A stretch of 64,000 nucleotides of DNA from Octopus vulgaris (taxonomy: Eukaryota): assembly GCA_951406725.2 (NCBI GenBank), contig OX597822.1:43028001-43092000 (forward strand), read 5' to 3'. This document shows positions 44,811 to 59,900 of the stretch, piece after piece; positions within the stretch are counted from its first letter, which is position 1; every line of letters starts with the position of its first letter. A program made the position numbers and the translations under genes. The notes beneath the pieces are model-generated. The model had not been told where the DNA came from. It was given only the letters and a program-made list of their open reading frames with translations, and did no database searches.

Positions 44811-44863
<53 letters not shown>

Positions 44864-45137
44864 ATACATAAATATTTATATGGATATATACACGTACACG
44901 CATTCAAATATATACAAATACCACACACAGGCCACTAAGTTTTACACGCTCATTTTCTTTAATCTAAGAACGTAGATACGTACGTACATCCATACATACA
45001 AATATATATTGATATATATACACATATACACGCACATGAATATACGTATATATGTCAGTATACATGCATATATGTATATGCACCCGCGTATATAAATACA
45101 CACATATATATGTATATATATACCCACATGCACACTC

Positions 45138-45170
<33 letters not shown>

Positions 45171-45433
45171 CCCTTATCTAAAGAACACCTCAACCTCTAC
45201 CGCCATGCATATACCTATGTATGTTCTAGTTTAGATAATCCTTTGCAAATTCCAAGGTTTAAAAATTATTTTCAGACTACTTCAGAATCTACAATGATTC
45301 TGAAATCGTTAAATAGATAAGTAATTTAAATCTCCCATATGCTAACTTTAGCCCTAATTTCCTACATATGCACCCAGTCGGGTTAATTTAAATGCATAAA
45401 TGCCAGATAAACGTTATACACACACACACACAG

Positions 45434-45532
<99 letters not shown>

Positions 45533-45734
45533 AACTATGTGTCTATGTATATATCAAATTTTTACCAGACTGCCTTTGCAACCAGACAAACTTGCAAATG
45601 TTTAAATACTTAAGCAGTCTTATCTCATATATGTTAATATTTGAATTTATTTGCATATTGTTATATTCATGCAAACCTCGCTTTTTACGTGCATAACTAT
45701 ATGAGTATGTATAAGCACACACACACACACACAC

Positions 45735-45771
<37 letters not shown>

Positions 45772-45806
45772 TATATATATATATATATATGCGTATATAT
45801 GTATGC

Positions 45807-45850
<44 letters not shown>

Positions 45851-46262
45851 ATAATTGTTAAAGAGGACAACAAACGTTAAAGCAAGACAAACATCTCAAG
45901 TCATGTGTGTGAGTGTGTGTGCATGTATGTATGTATGTATGTATGCATGTATGTATGTATGTATGTATGTATGTATGTATGTATGTATGTATGTATGTGT
46001 ATGTTTGTGTGTGTTGTGTGTGTGTGTACTTAATAAAATGTACTGAAATTCTATGCTAAATCTCTGATAAAAATGGAATGTTCTTGTATCCATCATAAAG
46101 TTTTGCTCAACTTTTCAACCGGTTTCATCCTTATCCTAATATAATCGTAGCTTTGTCCTTAAAAAGAACGTTATAATTACATAACAAGATGTGACTGACA
46201 GTAAGAGGAGTCATAACAAAATTGTCAAGAAATAAAATAAAATATCTTAATTTTTTGAAGTA

Positions 46263-47340
<1,078 letters not shown>

Positions 47341-47559
47341 TAATAATAATAATAATCCGAAGGCATCATCGAAAGTGATAATGCAAAGATACTGTGGGAT
47401 TTTATGATTCAGTGCGACCATGAGATAGAGAATAGGAAGCCAGACAGTCTTAATTAAGAAAGTCAATGATCTAATAACTAGAAACATTATTTCTAAATCT
47501 CTCAATGATATTAGGTAACAGTTCTTTAAAGTAAAAACTATTTGCCAACATAACGTGGC

Positions 47560-47790
47560 TGTCTCTGACCATCTGCGCATGAGGGATTCTGTGACCGACT
47601 GTGCATGCGCGAGTGTCTAACCGACTGCTCATATGCAAGTTTCTGACCATCTGTACATGCGCGAGATTTTGATCGTCTGTTTATGTGCAAGTCTCTGTCC
47701 ATTGCGCATGCGCGAGTGTGGGTCAGACATTCATGCGTGCACAGGCAGTATGAGACTCGGCCATGCGCAGAGTGTCAAAGATTGGCGTAT
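47560..47790. repeat. Degenerate ~23-bp minisatellite rich in (T)GCGCATGCGC
   Basis: tctgaccatctgcgcatgaggga / tgaccgactgtgcatgcgcgagt / tctgaccatctgtacatgcgcgaga / tgtccattgcgcatgcgcgagt. Confidence 0.7.
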
Positions 47791-48091
47791 ATACAGACGG
47801 ACAGATACAGATTCCTTGTATGTCTCCACTGTCCTGTTTTTGTTCCCATCTTTGACCCTCCATAAATCCAAAATCTAATTTTGGAAGTTATGGGGGCAAC
47901 TGTCTTCGAAGACTCATATTGTCATTGGATGCTCGAAATAAGGAGTAGATAGACAGCCGACAACGGATGAATGGTCCTTCTTTGTGTTACTTGTCCTGTT
48001 TTCCATTTTTTCTCTCGTTGTTTGCGTATTTAACTCGTTTGTTTTCAAACGTCTAGTTTACATTTGGTGACGCCCTGCACCCATACATGCC

Positions 48092-48158
<67 letters not shown>

Positions 48159-48563
48159 AAAATGTAAGATCCTGGAATCGAGGTGTAGGAAGAAAGGTAG
48201 CTTTAAGCAATCCGTTGTAAATCTGAAAAAAAAACAGGGACGCCAACAGTGGTCTATTGAGACGGAAGGTCTATTTTCGTATCGAAGAACGATAAGGTGA
48301 AAAAAGTTATCTTTGTATTCCACGGTAGGCGTTCCGGGTATGCGAATACGAATACAAGGGTTTCAGAATTTGAATGAATCTTCTTTCCGTCAATATGTAC
48401 CTCCTTGAAACAATGTAGCCTTTAATCTAATCAAGAGATCCTTGGTCCGAACAGCAAACGGCAGTATATACTTTCACACACACACTCTCTCTCTCCCACG
48501 CACACACACATGCACATACACACACATGTATATACATATACATACATACATACATACATACAT

Positions 48564-48618
<55 letters not shown>

Positions 48619-50901
48619 CGTATACATGTAAGCATACGCATACATATTTATTCATATACTTATGTACACACACACATAGAAGCATGCACACATATGCATA
48701 TACATATACATAGATGTATACATACATGTAAACATACGCACATATATTTATATTTATATATCCATGTACACACTAACACACAAACATACACAGACGCACA
48801 CACACATGTATATACATATAAATGCTTATATATACATACATGTAAACACGCACATATATTTATTCATATATCACATACACGCACATACGCGCACACAAAG
48901 ACACGCAGACATATATATATATATAAATATACATATATATATACATACATATAAGTATATACACACACATGCACACACACATGTATATACATATACATAT
49001 TCATACATCTAAATATACACACATATTTATTCATATATCTATGTACGCACTCTCACACACAGATATATATATAATATATATATTCATAAATATATATATA
49101 TATGAAAAATTCAATAAGAGATATTAAGGTGGGCGGAAAGTATGAGATGAATTTAGTAATTTTAGCTTGCTGTCAATGTGTGGTTGTAATTGCGATTTGA
49201 GTGTTTGAGGGTGAGAAAGTCTTTAAGTAATTGTATATAGGGAATAAAAGATTCTATATATAGTAGGTAATTTATTGTAGATAAAATGGGTTTGTTGGAA
49301 TACGGGGATATGACTCATATTTCTTAATCGAAAATTATGGTCATTTAAAGATGAAATAGGAAGGTATGTCAAAAGAATGCATACATATATATGTGTGTAT
49401 TTGTGTGAATATGTGTGTGTGTGTGTGTTGGTGTGTTAATGTTTGGCTGTTCCGCCATTCTTGTGTGAGTAAACAGTAAATTGGCGGAAAGGATTCAATA
49501 TATTTCTAATCAAGGTAATTTGAACGAGTAAAGGTAAACATAGCTTTTTGCACATTTAATAAAAGCGATACACGCTATATACGTTTATGAATGTTATAAT
49601 GTAAAAATAAATGAAAGGTTCGTATTAAAAAAAAAAGACATATCCACGAATAGACGTAGAAGTGGCTGTGTGGTAAGAAGCTTGCTTTCCACCCACGCGG
49701 TTTCGGGTTCAGTCCCACTGCGTGGCAACTTGGACAAGTGTCTTCTACTATAGCTTCGGGCCGACCAGAGCCTTGTGAGTGGATATGATAGACGGAAACT
49801 GAAAGAAGCCCGTCGTGAATTGCTCGAGACACGATGTAGAAAAACAGCCAACAACTGATGAAGGGTAGGTTTTTCTTGTTGCTTGTCTTGTTTTCCATTT
49901 GTTTCTTTCGTTGTTCGGAAAAATAGTTCGTATTCCATATTATTTCGTATTTCATATTGTTTTTGTATTTCATGTTGTTTATTTTCCGTGGTGTCCTATG
50001 CCAATATATGGATGTATATACAAATATATGTATATACATATATATGTGTATGTATGCATATACATTTATATTATTATACAATTAAACGCCACGCATCCAT
50101 TTCCAAGTAAGTTTTGACTGCAGCCATGCTGGAGCACTGCCTTTACTCGAAGAAATCATCACCAGGACTTATTCTTTGTAAGCCTAGTACTTATTCTATC
50201 AGTATCTTATATATGATTTCTGCGAGTAAAGGCAGTGCTCCAGCATAGCAGTGCTCTAGCATGGCTGCAGTCAAATGACTGATACAAGTAAAAGAATGAA
50301 AGAAAAATAATAAATTTTCCCACTTGATAAGAAAAAAATCTATAAATAAAACAAACAAAACACCACGCACTATACTAATGAATATCTAATTATCTGTATT
50401 ATTCTGTCAAACTTTTTCATTCTTTCATTCTTTTATTCTTTTACTTGTTTCAGTCATTTGACTACGGTCATGCTGGAGCACCGCGTTTAGTCGAACAAAT
50501 CGACCTCAGGATTTATTCTTTGTAAGCCTAGCACTTATTCTATCGGTCTGTCTTGTCAAACCACTAAGTTACGGGGACGTAAATACCAACATCGGTTGTC
50601 AAGTGATGGGGGTGGTGGTGGTGGTGGGGCAAATACAGACACACAAATCCATCACCCATCCATCCATCCATCCATCCATCCATCCATACATACATATATA
50701 CATACATGGATACACACACACACGCACACATATATATATGTACATTTATAATAATAATGAAATGACAACAAAAGAATATATACTATACATATATAAAAAT
50801 TTTTTGCATGTATAGTATAGGACCATCAGTATTATGACAACTTAATGATTGTCCTATACCATACATACATACATACATACATACATACATACATACATAC
50901 A

Positions 50902-50937
<36 letters not shown>

Positions 50938-50969
50938 TACATACACACACACATATATATATATCATTC

Positions 50970-51150
50970 GCCATGATAGATCGCTAGCCACTACACATTC
51001 TTTACTCTCCTTGTTTCTTTCTGTGTTCCTTTCTGTGGAAGAGCGTAGGCTCGAAACGTTAAAGACTTTTTCACTTCCCGAGCGTTATACTAATACATCT
51101 GTTTGTTGTCTACACCAACTGTCTTCTTCTTTTGTGTTTTTGTGAATTCT

Positions 51151-51153
<3 letters not shown>
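50970..51153 (+). mobile_element. CTGTNGAA-hammerhead short element
   Basis: 51029-51064 CTTT-CTGTGGAA-GAGC(gtag)GCTC-GAAA-CG-TT-AAAG; ends in (TA)n. Confidence 0.75.
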
Positions 51154-51221
<68 letters not shown>

Positions 51222-51978
51222 ATCAAAGGAAGGAAAGAGAGAACAAGGGAAATTTCAAAAGCAGTAACTTTTTATGGCAAAAGAAATTAAATTTCCCGTA
51301 TTTATGAATTAAAAATGTGTAAGCAAAAGTAGAAAGAGTGCTGAATACCTATGATAAATGGGTAAAACGAGGAAAATGCGATTCATTGAAAGGAATTTTT
51401 GTCACCACAAAGGAAAACGATGACTGGCTGTGCAGTGAGGATAGGTAATATTAGATTCAAATTGAAAGCAAGGGACAGGCTGGGTATGCAACTGGAAAGG
51501 CAGCCAGTTCCAAAACCATCCATCCATCTAAAACAAGAAAAGCTGAATTTTCAGATATACTATTTCTGCATTGTATTGAGTCAGTACACCATTGTTGGTA
51601 AAAATTTGAGCAGGCGTTATGAACCCCACCACCTAAAATTTTGCATGATTTCGTTCAAAAGTGGTGATCGATTTCTTAATTTGGAAGTGACGTTTTTTTT
51701 CAAATAAAGCAAAATAAATTTTAGTTTCCTGACTTTTATGAAATTATTCATCGAATTACAGTATAGAATTATTAGGTTGTGAAAAAGTCATAACTCTAAT
51801 ACATATATATATATATCAAATTTCACAATATATAATATATGTATAAAATTTAGAGAAAAACCTCTATTAAACAATTCAATAAAGAAAGATGTTATTCACA
51901 CCATATAGAAAACATATACTATAAAAAACCTTATTCTAAAAATCAATAAAGTACAATAAATAGTAAATAGTAGTAAAA

Positions 51979-52097
51979 AGACTACGCACGTTTCATGGCT
52001 ATATTTTCAAATAGATAGTAATGATAAAATCAATTCGATTTAAATTAAATCGGACTAAAATTAATTCTATTTAAAAATATAGTCACTCATCAGTTCT
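51979..52097 (-). ncRNA. Long-stem-II hammerhead, same family as 21813 (element about 51847-52260)
   Basis: CTGATGA-GTGACTATATTTT...AAAATATAGCCAT-GAAA-CGTGCG-TA-GTCT; the terminus resembles 22030-22064. Confidence 0.75.
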
Positions 52098-52257
52098 AAG
52101 ATAATAAATAATAAAAAAATAACAACAGAATAAATATAATTATCTTAAATTATGCTAATTATCAAATAAATATATAAAAAAATACGTCTATTAACTATAA
52201 ATAATCGAAAAATATTTAGCAATATTTCTTAAAATAAAAATATAACCTATCATATAA

Positions 52258-52310
<53 letters not shown>

Positions 52311-52318
<8 letters not shown>

Positions 52319-52719
52319 ATAAAAATGGGACATGGGCGATCGTTGTATTCTTTCTTGTTTCGAGGTTCAAAGCCAAACGGCTGGGTGGATTCACATGAAA
52401 AATGGCACACATGTAGATACGGGTGTATAGATAGGAATGAAATTTGCATTTTCCTAGCCCCCATACTTACCGAGAAGATCGATTAAAACTTTTTTCTAAT
52501 GGAATTCCCCTCTTTCTTCAGCCATTAAAACAACCAGTTGCTTAGAAGCTGTTTTCTGACGGGGTGGAGCCAGGAAACTTTCATACAGCTAGAGGCTCCA
52601 ATCGAAACAGGGGACCCAAAATGATAAGGTTGAGAAATGCTGTTATAGATTATGCTTAATCAAAAACGATCACAGCCACATCATCCAAACAGACCGGGTG
52701 AAACCGGGCTTAGCTGCTA

Positions 52720-52720
<1 letters not shown>
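52311..52720 (+). mobile_element. Non-autonomous Helitron
   Basis: 3' GC-rich hairpin-like ccgggtgaaaccgggc about 8 nt before terminal CTAG|T. Confidence 0.7.
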
Positions 52721-52789
<69 letters not shown>

Positions 52790-53022
52790 AAAGGTTGAGT
52801 TCTATTTCATTTTTTACTTTGTGCGGTTCCAAAGTTAGATTTCTAATACAGATTCTTCATATTAAATTGGTCGCTTACTATTGTAAGTATTTTTCGAATA
52901 TGAAAATGTTACAAGTATAAAGTGTGTTATGAGCATTTGTTGAACACGTATCCTATATAAACTCAACAAACAATTAAAGATAGAGAAGAAGGGTGTTAAA
53001 AGTTTTATAAAATGTTAATCCA

Positions 53023-53139
53023 TGCATACGATCGTTTCGAGCGGTAATATTAATATGTAAGAAACATGGAAAAAGTTAAGAATTAATTTAATTATAATTA
53101 CAATTAAATTAATTAAATATTACCGTTCTTCTCAGTGCA
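53023..53139 (-). ncRNA. Long-stem-II hammerhead (third family)
   Basis: TGCA-CTGAGAA-GAACGGTAATATT...AATATTACCGCTC-GAAA-CGATCG-TA-TGCA. Confidence 0.65.
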
Positions 53140-53443
53140 AAAGAAGAATACATGAAAAAGAATACATCAGAAGAATATTATATTGTTACAGAAGACAAGA
53201 TGGAGTGAGTGTCATATAACATGTTTGGATATTAATAATATGCTTATGAAATACGAAAGATAAAAACATGCTTAGGTAGTGTTGAGTTTAGATGTGTAAG
53301 AACTATAACTGATGTGGCTAACGGATATTTGGAAATATAAGTGAAAAATGTTTAAGAAACATTCTCTCTATTAAGTGATAAAGTAATATACATTCCATAT
53401 AAAGCATATATCGTTAGAAGTAAAATATAATATGTATGTATAT

Positions 53444-53548
<105 letters not shown>

Positions 53549-54099
53549 TCTTTATTAGCCACACATGCATATATATAAGTGGGTGTATATAAATAAATGT
53601 CCAATGGGACAGCATAACTATATTTAAATTTATATATGATTTGACAGTTATGAGTGGTATATAATGAAAATAATGAAAATAAATTATGGTGTATATTAAA
53701 AAGAAATTATTTAAAAAAAATCCTAGAATAAGAAATAAATCGTTTGTATAATTTTATATAAGTTACTTGAGATTTAAATGACAAAAAAATTTAGCGTTGT
53801 GAGGGAGTAATTTTTAGGTTAATACAACGGGAAAACAAGATTTGTTATTAGTTAAAAAGCGTTATATTCGTTTGTATGAAATAAGTCTAAGAGGAAAGAC
53901 AATAAAAATTAAAATATTATAGAGTTGAGAAAGACAATATTGAAAGAAATTACTGAACAACCCCTTAAAAAAACAAAAAAACAAAGACAATATTAAAAAC
54001 CCACAAGTACTGGGGACGACTGAACTTTTTAGCGTGTTGACCAGCATGGCCGCTGTTCAATAACTGAAACAAGTAAAAGATATAAAGATAAATGATACA

Positions 54100-54707
54100 C
54101 AGGGTGCGATGGGTAAATTGCCGCCATCTTATATTTTTAATTTCGTGCATGCGCATCGCTTGTTTTGGATTTTGTCGACTACACAGTATAGTAGGGTCTG
54201 TTGGGCACCGTCTGTGAGAAAAGCGGCGTCATGACGCAATTCACTCTGCTAGAAATTTGGAAACGACATGCTGTACCACTTGGCTTTCGCGTCATACCAC
54301 ATAAGCAGGAGAACCCATCATGTCTGTCAGACAATTTCTATGACCGCATCACCCCTAACATCTGGTCATCTACCTCCTCTGACTGCAACCTCCTTGACTA
54401 TTATAGTTAGGGTGCAGTTGAGCGAGAGACCAACAAAACGCCTTGTAACACCAAAGGTGAACTGAAGGCAAAGATTCTAGCTGCATTCACCAACTTAAAC
54501 AAAGTGGCTGCCCAGGAGAGTTGTAGGAGATTCTGTGGTCTGGAGACCGTGGTTGAGGGCAATGGCGATTTTATTGAATAGATTTACTCTTTAGTAATTC
54601 AAGATATTTTTTTTCTGTAATTCTGGTAAATTTATCTGTTAAAATGGGATATCAGTGATATTTTTATTTTTGCGTAATCTAGACGACAGTTTATTCACCG
54701 CACACTG
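54100..54707 (+). mobile_element. Internally deleted Tc1/mariner-superfamily element (maT/DD37D-like)
   Basis: TIRs cagggtgcgatgggtaaattgccgcc / gacgacagtttattcaccgcacactg; WSSTSSDCNLLDYY resembles WPPxSPDxNPLDY. Confidence 0.75.
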
Positions 54708-55430
54708 TATACAGCAGATCATTTGGTCGCTTTAAGACTAACTATTTGTACTATTCAACACTAGGTCTGCTCTGATTAAGTAGATTTTGATCAAGGTCAA
54801 TCAAAACATGGCCGTCTCGTTTCTTTTGTCAATATTTGAGTGAATATATTGTCCAGTGTATCTATCTCCATTTTTTTGAACACGATTGATGTGATTTGAT
54901 GAATGTTTGGTTGGTATTTCTAGCAGAACGAGCGACCATATCAAAGACTATTGCATAGAGTCTAGTTTCAATGTAAAATACTTTTAGTAATTTATTAGAT
55001 TAAGGCAGCTTTTATTGTAGGGCGAAATTAGCAGATAATATGGTTTGTGTGGAGGGGCAAAATTAAACGATAAAGAGGAGGCAAACACGCGCGCGCACAA
55101 ACACGGAGACACATATATACACCCACACACAAATGCGCACATATACGTGCACAAACGCACAAATGCTTACACACATAAACAGACGTAACCAAACATACAC
55201 ACGTGCACACATATTAACACCCACACCCACACACATACACATATATGTGCATATACATCTGCATGCATAAATGCCTGTATATAGGTATACACTATATATG
55301 CCTATATGCGTATATATATGTTATTGAATATTAAATACAAAATACGCACTCGCACAGGAACACGCACACACATATACATATTGAGATACTTACATACACG
55401 CATGCACATATACATACGTATATATATATA

Positions 55431-55476
<46 letters not shown>

Positions 55477-55721
55477 CGTGTGTGTGCAAACACATACATA
55501 TGCACACTCATACACACACACATATATATTTATGTATGTATATCTATCTATAAATGTATGTATGTCAGCACGTCGTGATACACCCCTCACACACATACGC
55601 ACACACATACTCTCATACATACACACACAGGGACATATCTCTAAGATGGTGAAAGGTAAGTGGATAAGAAAAAAGAAAAGGAGAAAGAGAGGGAGAGATA
55701 GATAGATTGAGAGAGAGAAAT

Positions 55722-55847
<126 letters not shown>

Positions 55848-56154
55848 AACGAATAATGAGGGATTTCTGAAATGTATGGCGGTAATAATGGGAATTGACC
55901 GCTAAACTCCATATTTAGATAAATGCTGAAGGCAAATAGTTGCGGTCCTCAATTTAATGAAAAGTTTAAGTTATAGAGATAATGTAGGTAACTAATGTGA
56001 AAGCTAGGAATATGTAAGTAAATTTCGAGTGCTTAGGTGAAATTTAAGTGAATAATAAGTTTTGAAGTGTCTGACGGTAAAAGGTATAAAGGATATTTGA
56101 ATATTATGGCGTTGAGTTAAATTAATGCGATTGCCAAGCGATACGGTATATTAT

Positions 56155-56790
56155 TTTATTCTTTTAGTCTTTTATTTGTTTCAGTCATGGAGCACGACAT
56201 TTAGTCGAATAAATCGACCTCAGGACTTATTCTTTGTAAGCCTGGTACTTATTCTATCGGTCTCTTTTGCCGAACCGCTAAGATACGGGGGCGTAAACAC
56301 ACCAAGATCGATTGTCAAGCGATGGTGGGGGAGACACAGACACAAATAACAAACACACATATACATATATACATATGCGACGGGCTTCTTTCAGTTTCCG
56401 TTTACCAAATCCACTCACAAGACTTTAATCGGGCCGAGGCTAAAGTAGAAGACACTTGCTCAAGGTGTCATGCAGTGGGACTGAATCAAGAACCATGTGA
56501 TTAGGAAGCAAGCTTCTTACTACACAGCCATTCCTGCGCCTCTTTAATCTTTTATCTTTAATTTGATGGCTTTTATTTTTTAGCTTTTGCTTGTTTCAGT
56601 CATTGGACTGCGGCCATGTTGCGGCACCGCTTTGAAATGTTGTAGTCGAACAAATGGATCCCGGTATGAACTTTTTTGAAACCCTGGTAGTTATTCTATA
56701 GTTTTTTTTGCTTCTTTTCACCAAATTGCTAAGTTACAGGGAAGTAAACGAACTAACACCGTTGTGAAGCGTGGGTCAGGGAACAAACAA
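56155..56790 (-). mobile_element. SINE family A (full copy 56155-56540 plus a second tail)
   Basis: Reverse complement of family A. Confidence 0.8.
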
Positions 56791-56877
56791 ATACACGCAC
56801 ACTCACGTTGATATGTAAATATATATATGTATATGTTTGTACACACACACACAAGCGCACGCACGCACACATATATG

Positions 56878-56981
<104 letters not shown>

Positions 56982-57234
56982 ATTCAACTTTCGCTGCTTT
57001 AGAAGCGCTGAGATGTATTGGAAAATAGAGATAAGGAAATAATTTTATTCTCAAACGTAGGATAATGCTAACAATATAGCATGAACAGGATAACCTATCC
57101 ACATTTCGCTGTCGGCGGCCACCCTTGAGACTCGAACCCACATCCCTGTCGTTGGGTCAGTTTAGCTTAATGACAGGAATTACAACCGTGTTTCGTGGTC
57201 TGCTACCACAACAGCTCCTTTATAGGATCCAGTT

Positions 57235-57337
57235 AGCTCAAGACATCATCAGGAGGAACCACGTCCGGTTTCGGCTCCTACTCCTCTACCGTTTTTACGT
57301 GGCGGGACCCCCCACCCTTTCGGAGGTGTCTTCAGCT
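57235..57337 (-). ncRNA. Candidate rearranged (non-circularly permuted) hammerhead in the LINE 3' UTR
   Basis: CGGT-A-GAGGAG...GAA-ACCG...TTCCTC-CTGATGA: both core boxes, stem I and stem III are present in pseudoknotted order. Confidence 0.6.
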
Positions 57338-57455
57338 CTGGTGTTGGGTACATGTCTTCTTCTTTCTTCTGTTCCCTGGCCACTTCGTTGTATCGTCAGC
57401 CGGTGACTGACTGTCTTGTCAATTTTCTCCCTTTAAATACCTGCCGCATAGACTC

Positions 57456-57667
57456 CAGCAGGCAGCCCCAGCAAGTTGTCACGTGACACTGTCTCACCTT
57501 AACTGACTAGTGAAGGCGCGTAGTTTTAGCCCGCGCTTTTTCTAAACGACGGTCATCTGACAGCAGGCAGCCCCGGCAAGTTGTCATGTGACACTGTCTC
57601 ACCTTAACTGACTAGTGAAGGAGCGTAGTTTTATCCCGCGCTTTTTCTAAACGACCGTCACCTGTCA
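57456..57667. repeat. 105-bp tandem duplication in the LINE 3' UTR
   Basis: Units start with cagcaggcagcccc at 57456 and 57561. Confidence 0.9.
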
Positions 57668-57692
57668 GTCAGCTTGCCTTACCTTAATGATG

Positions 57693-58142
57693 TTATTTCC
57701 CGTCAGCGTGTTTATGACTTTCAAGCCATTTTCGGTCTTCCCGCTTCAGCCATATATAGAAGCTGGCTTTTTCGACCGCCTCCAGCACTCTCCTTATTAG
57801 TTTACGCAGCTCGGGGCTAGAAAAAACAAATCTTCTTTTGAAAAGCGTTGTCATTTTCTTTTCAATGAAGCCTCTAGCCCCCACTGCCAGGTGATAATAT
57901 TCGACATTCCATCCCTGTTCTCTGCATTCTTCGATTAGCTTTTCATACCTCTTCTCCTTTCGCTCCTCTTCGTTGCCGATGTTCTCTTCCCAAGGTACTG
58001 TCAGTTCTAGTAAAATTCCCATACTCCGGTCTCTGTTCCATAGAACTAAATCCGGTCTTTTTGTTGTTTTTATTAGTGGAAATACTACTTGTCTTTCCAA
58101 GTCTGTGGCCACCTCCCAGTATCCCTTCCATCTTTCGTCCAT
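57693..58142 (-). CDS. Restriction-like endonuclease domain fragment of the RLE LINE
   Basis: RPDLVLW...LLELTVPWEENIG...KEKRYEKL...VGARGF. Confidence 0.85.
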   Translation of the reverse strand: MDERWKGYWEVATDLERQVVFPLIKTTKRPDLVLWNRDRSMGILLELTVPWEENIGNEEERKEKRYEKLIEECREQGWNVEYYHLAVGARGFIEKKMTTLFKRRFVFSSPELRKLIRRVLEAVEKASFYIWLKREDRKWLESHKHADGK

Positions 58143-58926
58143 CTCGTATACCTTACTTGTAGGCCTGGTTTTATAACCTTTTCCCTCCTTGTGGAAGTAT
58201 ACTTTCCTGCGCTTTTCTACTTTTGGGTACTCTCCCCTATTGTACCTCTAGATCTTCTCCTTGAGTGCTGCGCTTATTACACCGAGGACTTGATTATGCC
58301 GCCATGTATATCTTTCAAGTGCTAGTCTGCAACTTGACAGAACATGTCTAACCGTCGCTTTCTCTCCGCATCTACACTCATCGGTTTTGTTTATGTTTCA
58401 CCGGACTAAGTTCGCCGGTGAGGGTAGAACGTCGAATGTAGACTTAATGAGGAAGGATGATCTTGCTTATTCCCAAGCCCAAAGTTCCTTCCATGATATT
58501 CTGCGGTTGTTCACATATTCCTCCCATCTCAGGCACTGTCCCTGTTGACTGCATTGCACCAAATGTACATTTCGCACAAGGCGCGTAATCACAGGGATGT
58601 TCAAGTCGCATGGTTGGTTGTAGGAAAAGGGACGTAACTAGGAAAAGGTAATTGTGTAACAGAGAAAAAATAAGGTAGAAAACGATACAAATAAGAATTG
58701 GATGAAAAGGAGAGAAAAATAAAATATATAAAATTATTAGGTTATACACGTGAAAGTAAATATATGCAGGTATAGAGCTAGAAAAAGTTAGTTTAAGTGC
58801 AATTTATGGAAATATGACGAAAAGTAAGAATATATAATTGAAATAGCGAAACCAAGTTAAGTACAGATCAAGAACGCCATACAAAGCATCACTTAAAAAA
58901 TACAAAGAATATACACAGCTCCATGT

Positions 58927-58970
<44 letters not shown>

Positions 58971-59359
58971 TATGACAGGTGGGTTTGTTTGACTATGACG
59001 TAAATATTACAGATATTAAAACGTTATAAAAATACATGTTTATGCACATACTCATATACATGAATATAGGTATGTGGACATATTTTTATATTTACATATA
59101 CACAGACACACAGATATGTGTTTGCAGGCAATATCTTATACACACATATGCGTTAATGCAAACATGTTACATAGAAGTATGTATATATAAATACACATAT
59201 AGATATACATATACATATACAAACACAGTCACATATATGTACACACGTATATAAAATATCATATGTATATATATATATGCACATAAATATGTATATATAT
59301 GTGTGTATATATACATATATATGTATGCGTGTGTACGTGCGTATGTTTGTGCGTGTATG

Positions 59360-59397
<38 letters not shown>

Positions 59398-59505
59398 TGT
59401 GTGTTTGTGCGTGTGTGTGTATATGTAAACGCATGCATACATACAAACACCTATATATATATAGGCATATTATATAGTCTACAAGTATGTCTACGTGCTT
59501 CTGTT

Positions 59506-59542
<37 letters not shown>

Positions 59543-59705
59543 TATAAGTAGTGGGCATATATGTGTGTTTGTGCGTGTGTGTGTATATGTAAATGCATGC
59601 ATATGTTTTCACTGAAGTATATAATGTTTTTCCATAAATACTTTTAGATATTTGAATGTGTAACTTTACAATCAAACCCATCCCTGTCATATATACATGT
59701 ATGTA

Positions 59706-59806
<101 letters not shown>

Positions 59807-59816
59807 CTCTGTCTTT

Positions 59817-59898
<82 letters not shown>

Positions 59899-59900
59899 CT

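Larger units (their letters stand above)
56983..58600 (-). mobile_element. 5'-truncated RLE-type non-LTR retrotransposon (HERO/NeSL-like) with long structured 3' UTR
   Basis: QQGQCLRWE...FDVLPSPANL, CCHC knuckle CRCGEKATVRHVLSSC, RYTWRHNQVL, and PD-(D/E)xK nuclease KRPDLVLW...ELTVPWEE; ends at (TA)n(TATC)n. Confidence 0.88.

Noticed and set aside
48163-48470. Possible solo LTR beginning TGTAAG
   Set aside because: No clear CA end, TSD or second copy in the window.
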